A stretch of 63,955 nt of DNA, counting the filler, from Reclinomonas americana ATCC 50394 (taxonomy: Eukaryota), in the NCBI GenBank assembly GCA_048213135.1. It is 14 parts of 14 records of this genome, joined end to end, with 100 filler letters (N's around TTAATTAATTAA, not from the genome) between each part and the next. Parts side by side here need not be neighbours in the genome. Positions count along the whole stretch, not along the records: positions 55,695 to 62,758 come from AFZH01020904.1; positions 62,859 to 63,955 come from AFZH01021010.1; 12 more parts are not named here. One strand, given 5' to 3'. Of the stretch, positions 58,501 to 63,955 are shown in pieces (the stretch's first letter is position 1; each line of letters opens with the position of its first letter). Below the pieces are notes generated by a model. That model saw nothing but the letters and a program-made list of their open reading frames with translations, was not told the origin of the DNA and searched no databases. The position numbers were made by a program, and so were the translations under genes.

Positions 58501-61500
58501 GTTGTTCTGCTCGGGTTGACCGGCTGTCGTCCCACTTGTCGGCACAGCGCCCATCCCACTGTCACGGAGAGAGGGCACGATGAGACGATGAAAGAAGAAG
58601 CACACGTGGGACAAGAAATGACTCACGGTGTTGTGTGCTCCTCGCTCGAATTACGATTCTCACTGCGCAAGACGTGAGTTTGTGGCGAACAAAGAAATCA
58701 TTCAAGTTTTTACGCAACTCTGTCGCCATCGGAGCCAGGTTGCCCGGGGTCTGCACGCACCAACGTGAGTCACCAGCAGGAGGCCTTTGCAGAGACTTCA
58801 CCCCACCACACACACCTCCTGCATGCTGGTCGACACGGCGACTGGTTGCATGGACGACGCACGCAGGTCGTGCATCATGCGCTTGTCACGCATGGCCGCC
58901 ATGATTCCAGAGAAACCAGGTCGCTCGGGGCCACCCATCGCCGTCTCGCCCTCCATCCCGTCCTCCCCTTCAGCACCGGCCTTGTGTGCGCCATCATTGT
59001 CCGAGTCGTACTCCAAATCCGAGTCTATCGACAGCCAGTCATCAGTAGCAACGAATAAGACTCAGAAAGTGATGGGAAAAGGACACACCGAGTGAGCCCT
59101 CTGAATTCGACCAGTCCGAGTCGGACCACGTGTCCGAGTCGAACTGATTGGCTCCCGGTCGACTGTGCCGATCCAGATGCAGCAGGCGCGAGGTGAACTC
59201 GAGCTCACGAGTAAACTCGTCGCTGTCGCAGTAGCGGCGCGGCATGTGTTGCACCTCAAAGTACAGATTGCCGAGGAAGTTGTCGACGTCGTAGCGCACT
59301 GCGAGAAAGGGGAAGGAGAAGAGGGGGAAGGGTGTCAAAGGAGAAGGAAACATAAGAAGTTCTTGGATGTGTATGTGGGAGCAAGGAAGTGGTGCGTGAT
59401 AGCGTGAAGGGGTGCGCGTGAAAGCGAGAGGGTGAGTGACAGCGAAAGAGTGTGTGACAGCGAAGGGGGTGCGCAACAGATTACGGGAGATCGAGAGAAC
59501 AGCAAATAGGCAGGCAAATGGACAGACAGACAGAATGCGAGTGCGACGGCGAGAGAGTGACGGCGAGAGTGGCGAGTGCATCAGCAACCACGGGCGTGAG
59601 ATTGGGTGCGTGTACGAATGCGAGAGCCACACGAGATAGTGTGATAAAGTGGATGCGCATGTGTGAGTGGGCGAGTGCGTAAGCACGCAACAGATGGAGT
59701 CAAAGCGGGAGTAGTTGGAGATGGTGGGATCAAACGGTCCGCGCACGAGTGGGGTCCGGTACTTGCCCTTGACGACGTCGAACTGCAGACAAGCACGATG
59801 AGTGAGAAGTGACGATAAGAAGCGAAGGAAAGTCGGAGAGAGTACCTTGGCATCCAGCATCGGGAACACGCCCCACGCAATCACACGGTTGTATGGGCTG
59901 TGTTCGCCACGCAGCTGAGCAAAAGGAATGCATGCACGTCAGCAACAGGAGAGGCAGAAGAGAAAATAGAAGGAAGAGAGTCGCACCATGACGAGTTCGA
60001 AAAGGAACATGTTGTACGGACGCATAGCGGGTCGTGAGGGGCAAATGGTGGCCATGGTGTGCTGGAAGACCATCTCGATGGAGTTCCACTTGCCGTCGTG
60101 GTAGACCATCTGCGAGTATGAGGACAAGTGAGGGAGATAGAGAGACAGAGAGAGACAGAGAGAGGCGACAGGGAGAGAGGAGAGGGGAGAAGGAGGATGG
60201 GAGAGGGAGATGGAGAAGGACGAGATAAAGGAGAATGTGGCAGGGCAAGGCAAGCCGCACAGCGAAGCATAGCGCAGCACAGCAAAGCATAGCGCAGCAC
60301 AGTAAAGCATAGCACAGTACAGTAAAGCATAGCGCAAAGCATAGCGCAGCACAGCGAAGCACAGCAAAGCATAGCGCAGCACAGCAAAGCATAGCGCAGC
60401 ACAGCAAAGCATAGCGCAGCACAGCAAAGCATAGCGCAGCACAGCAAAGCATAGCGCAGCACAGCAAAGCATAGCGCAGCACAGCAAAGCATGCGCAGCA
60501 CAGCAAAGCATGGCGCAGCACAGCAAAGCATGGCGCAGCACAGCAAAGCATGGCGCAGCACAGCAAAGCATGGCGCAGCACAGCAAAGCATAGCGAAGCA
60601 CAGCGAAGCATAGCGAAGCACAGCGAAGCATAGCGAAGCACAGCGAAGCATAGCGAAGCACAGCGAAGCATAGCGAAGCACACCGAAGCATAGCGAAGCA
60701 CAGCGAAGCATAGCGAAGCACAGCGAAGCATAGCGAAGCACAGCGAAGCATAGCGAAGCACAGCGAAGCATAGCGAAGCACAGCGAAGCACAGCAAAGCA
60801 CAGCAAAGCACAGCAAAGCACAGCAAAGCACAGCAAAGCACAGCGAAGCATAGCACAGCACAGCGAAGCACAGCGAAGCATGCACCCCTTCTCACAATAC
60901 TCCCTTCATCCCTTCTATCCCTTCCTCCCTTCTATCCCTTCCTCCCTTCTATCCCTTCTCCATTAACGCACCTGCGTGGTCGCCACCTGCCCATCGCACG
61001 CCTCGCAGTGCTCGTTGAACTCACGATGCAGTGAGCACGGAGTCGCAGTAACCCGATTGGCTGCATCGCCCTTGCCAGCAGCCTTATCACCCTCGGTCGG
61101 CGGCTTCCACGGCATGCGATTACCGCCGAGACGATCCCACATGGACACGGTCAACACCTGCACTCAAATCAGTATTGGACACACACGCACACCATCAAGC
61201 CCTTGCAAGTAACGCACAAAGCAACCAGGCGGCAGCTTGTCCTTGACGGCACGCAGCAGGCGCAAGCGCAGGCGAATGGGCTGCGGTCGCGCCGACCAGT
61301 TGATCTCACGGCGGTCGGGTCGGCCGTACAAGTCGTCGGCATCCACCAGCTTGCCGTACTCCTCCACCACCTCGGTCTTGCGGCGATCGAGCACCGACTC
61401 CAGTTGCACCTTGGCCTCAGCAAAGGCCTCCTGCATGCGACGAATGCGCATCCTGTGTGCTTGCACGCGAGCCTCTTCACGCTTCTCGCGGCGAGAGATG

Positions 61501-62584
61501 CGGGCGTGCGTCTCATCGTGGGCCTCTTTCAGCAATCTGCGGCGCCCAAGTGATCAGAACAAGAGATGACCACAACCCAGAGAGAGAGAGAGAGAGAGAC
61601 AGGGTGCTCACCGCTCTTCGGCCGACTGCACGCGATGCAGCATCTCCTGGTGACGCAGCTCCTGTGCACGCTCTGCTCACAGAGAGATGTCAGTCACTCT
61701 GATTCATCCTCTCTCTTCCCCCTTCTTCGCAACCAACCATGCGCCAATCGCAATGCGCGCAATCGCTGCTCCTCCTCGCGCGCCTCCTTGACGTCGATCT
61801 TGCCAATGACGAGCACATCGTCGGCAGCCTCGCGATCAAACTCTTGCAGGTAGTCCGCACCACGTCCGTCTTTGCGAATGCGCCGCTTGATGCGCTCAAT
61901 CTCTCGCAGGCGCTCGCGGCGCTCCGCCGCCGCCTCCAGCACCGCCTCAAAGTCCATGCGTTCCAGCGGGTCGGGCGCGGTGTAGGAGCCTGTGGGTGTT
62001 GGAGTGAGGTGAGCAAGAGAAGGAGAGAAATGGAAAAAAGAGGAGATGAGAACCTCGACTCTCCGCCGAGGTCGGCCGCATCCCGGCGAGACCCGCAGCT
62101 GCGCCTCGCAGCGACGGACTCAGCTCCGGCGGCAGAGCAGTGGGCAGTGGTGGGCGGTCGACAAAGTCGTCTTCGACCGACGACGAGGAGGAGAGGGTGG
62201 AGCTGGCGCGACTGCCTCCGAAGCGGCGGCGGGGAGGGGGAGGGGTGGTGAAGGAGGTGTTGGAGGCCGCTGTGGGGGGAGGAGGAAAAAGGAGAAGGAG
62301 AGGCGAAGGTGAGGGAGGAAGGAGAAGGGAGATGGATGGCGAAGGAGGGTGAGGACGAAGGCGAAGAGAGATGGATGGGAATGAAGTGAAGAGAGACAGA
62401 TAGGGAAGGGGGCGAAGAGAGATAGATGGAAGGGGGCGAAGAGAGATTGGTTGGGAAGCGGGCGAAGAACAAGCGTATGACAGACAACACGGTCCAAGGG
62501 ACATGAGAGATATGGAAGCATGAGACTTGTGTTGAGTGAGAGATCTTGAGCACTTGCAGACAAGGATGCCCTGCCACTCATCAA
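55211..62584 (-). CDS. OFCC1-like (orofacial cleft candidate 1) multi-pass membrane protein; many exons, start uncertain, spans a gap
   Basis: WSARPQPIRLRLRLLRAVKDKLPPG..VSMWDRLGG, VYHDGKW..MFLFEL, IAWGVFP..GKYRTPLVRG and FLGNLYFEV. Multi-TM exon 56725-57440 (WMRLYTHYFGQW..GDAFKLY..HMNG..DVYTRLHGEE..FFVPHDLELS). Then HRRFLRVHDGTITELF. Confidence 0.7.
57485..57930. repeat. Intronic G-rich ~19-bp minisatellite (GGGAGTGGGGAAAGGGAGA)
   Basis: Direct inspection; about 18 degenerate units. Confidence 0.9.
60255..60882. repeat. Intronic 10/20-bp minisatellite (GCACAGCAAAGCATAGCGCA variants)
   Basis: About 60 decamers arranged in homogeneous variant blocks. Confidence 0.95.
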
Positions 62585-62701
62585 GCGAAGGTTGATATGT
62601 GTGTGTGTGAGAGAGCGAGAGAGAGAGAGAGAGGGAGAGAGAAAAAGAGTGTGAGTGACTGAGTGTGTGCGTGTGTGTGTGTGTGGGTGGGTGGAGAGAG
62701 A

Positions 62702-62758
<57 letters not shown>

Positions 62759-62864
62759 NNNNNNNNNNNNNNNNNNNNNNNNNNNNNNNNNNNNNNNNNN
62801 NNTTAATTAATTAANNNNNNNNNNNNNNNNNNNNNNNNNNNNNNNNNNNNNNNNNNNNCCATCA

Positions 62865-63955
62865 GCGCAACGGATTCGAACAGTACTGCATCAACTTTGT
62901 GAACGAAAAGCTGCAGCAAATTTTTATCGAACTCACTCTCAAGTCCGAGCAAGAGGAGTACGTCCGTGAGGGCATCCAGTGGGAGCCGATTGACTATTTC
63001 AACAACAAGATCGTGTGCGATCTTATCGAGGGACGGGTGCGCGATTCCCCTCGCCCGATGTGGATAACGCAAATGGTGTGCAATTCTTCTCATTTTATCT
63101 CGGTTGTGTGTGCAGCAACCACCGGGCATGTTCCTTTTGCTGGACGACACTTGCCGCGCAGCACACGCCATGGAGAGCCGCGTGGTCGACGAACAATACG
63201 TGGAAAAGGTGCAGCAGAATTTCAGCTCTCATCCACACTTCCGCTCTACGGGGACTGTCTTCACCATTCGCCACTATGCTGGTGAGGGACGCTTTTGCAG
63301 TGTTGACGTTGGTGGCGGAATCTAATTGTCTCCCCCTGTCGCCGTTGGGTGTGCAGGTGATGTCGAGTACGATGTTTACGGATTCTCAGAGAAGAACAAG
63401 GACTTGCTGTACCGTGAGCTGATTGAGCTCATGCTGGGAAGCTCGAATATGCTGGCGAAGCACCTGTTCCCTGCGGAGGAAGCCGACGATCGTCGTGTGC
63501 CGACCACCGCTGGCTTCAAGATGAGGGTGCGTGTGGTCCGTGTGCAGACGCGTGTACAACGGCATCTATGTTGACCGCCGATGCGTGTGCAGACGTCGGC
63601 CAACGACCTTGTGAGTACGCTCATGTCGTGCCATCCACACTACATTCGATGCATCAAGCCCAACGAGACCAAGCGGCCAAATGATTTCGACGACGACCGT
63701 GTCATGCATCAGATCAAGTATCTCGGCCTGCTGGAAAACCTGCGAGTGCGCCGCGCTGGTTTTGTCTACCGAGAGACATTTGTTAATTTCTTCACGCGGT
63801 ACGCTATTGTGTGTGCGTGTGGCGGATCTGTTGATTGTTGTTGACTCACCTGTGTTGGATTCGATTGAATCTCGCAGGTTTGCTCTGCTCTCGCGCGATC
63901 ACCTGCGCACTCTGCGCGAGGCTCGTGAATCGGGCGGCCTTGATCCAGAAACCGC
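62865..63955 (+). CDS. Class I myosin motor domain, internal exons (partial at both ends)
   Basis: [96 protein letters not shown] and [15 protein letters not shown]. Confidence 0.95.

Noticed and set aside
59730..60895. Three long Cys/Ala/Leu-rich minus-strand ORFs (318-383 aa)
   Set aside because: Translations of the intronic minisatellite, which is open in all three frames because the unit has no stop codon.
11943..62858. Thirteen identical N44-TTAATTAATTAA-N44 elements (starting at 11943, 19599, 23162, 24458, 26639, 29185, 31518, 34380, 47059, 49295, 53914, 55595, 62759)
   Set aside because: Artificial gap spacers with stops in all six frames. They are not biological repeats or transposon TTAA target sites.
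1..63955. Alternative genetic code, tRNA/rRNA genes, transposase or reverse transcriptase
   Set aside because: Conserved exons translate without internal stops in the standard code, and TAA, TAG and TGA all end genes. No RNA-gene or mobile-element motifs were recognised by eye.

Overview
Intron-rich, GC-rich eukaryotic DNA, probably a protist. It consists of 14 contig pieces joined by 13 artificial 100-bp spacers (N44-TTAATTAATTAA-N44). Several genes continue correctly across these spacers, so the pieces appear to be in scaffold order. Multi-exon genes recognised by hand-splicing and motif recall: the 3' end of a beta-lactamase-family serine hydrolase; an LRR/LRRcap protein; a cadherin-like single-pass membrane protein with a triplicated cytoplasmic module; a secreted glycoside-hydrolase-like protein; a small winged-helix protein resembling mitoribosomal mL80; three tandem ankyrin genes, the two with visible 3' ends finishing in an F-box/PRANC-like motif; GLE1; a USP with a CYLD-like Cys box; a CASTOR/GATS-like ACT protein; an ankyrin-coiled-coil-IRAK/Pelle(RLK) kinase; SHQ1; a dynamin-like GTPase apparently followed by a pseudokinase (DSTYK-like layout); an OFCC1-like membrane protein; and a myosin-I motor fragment. 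The most striking pattern is repeated tandem stuttering of gene ends (5' or 3' terminal exons) at five independent loci. Long introns are also filled with polarised purine/pyrimidine tracts. All family calls come from recalled motifs, not database searches.
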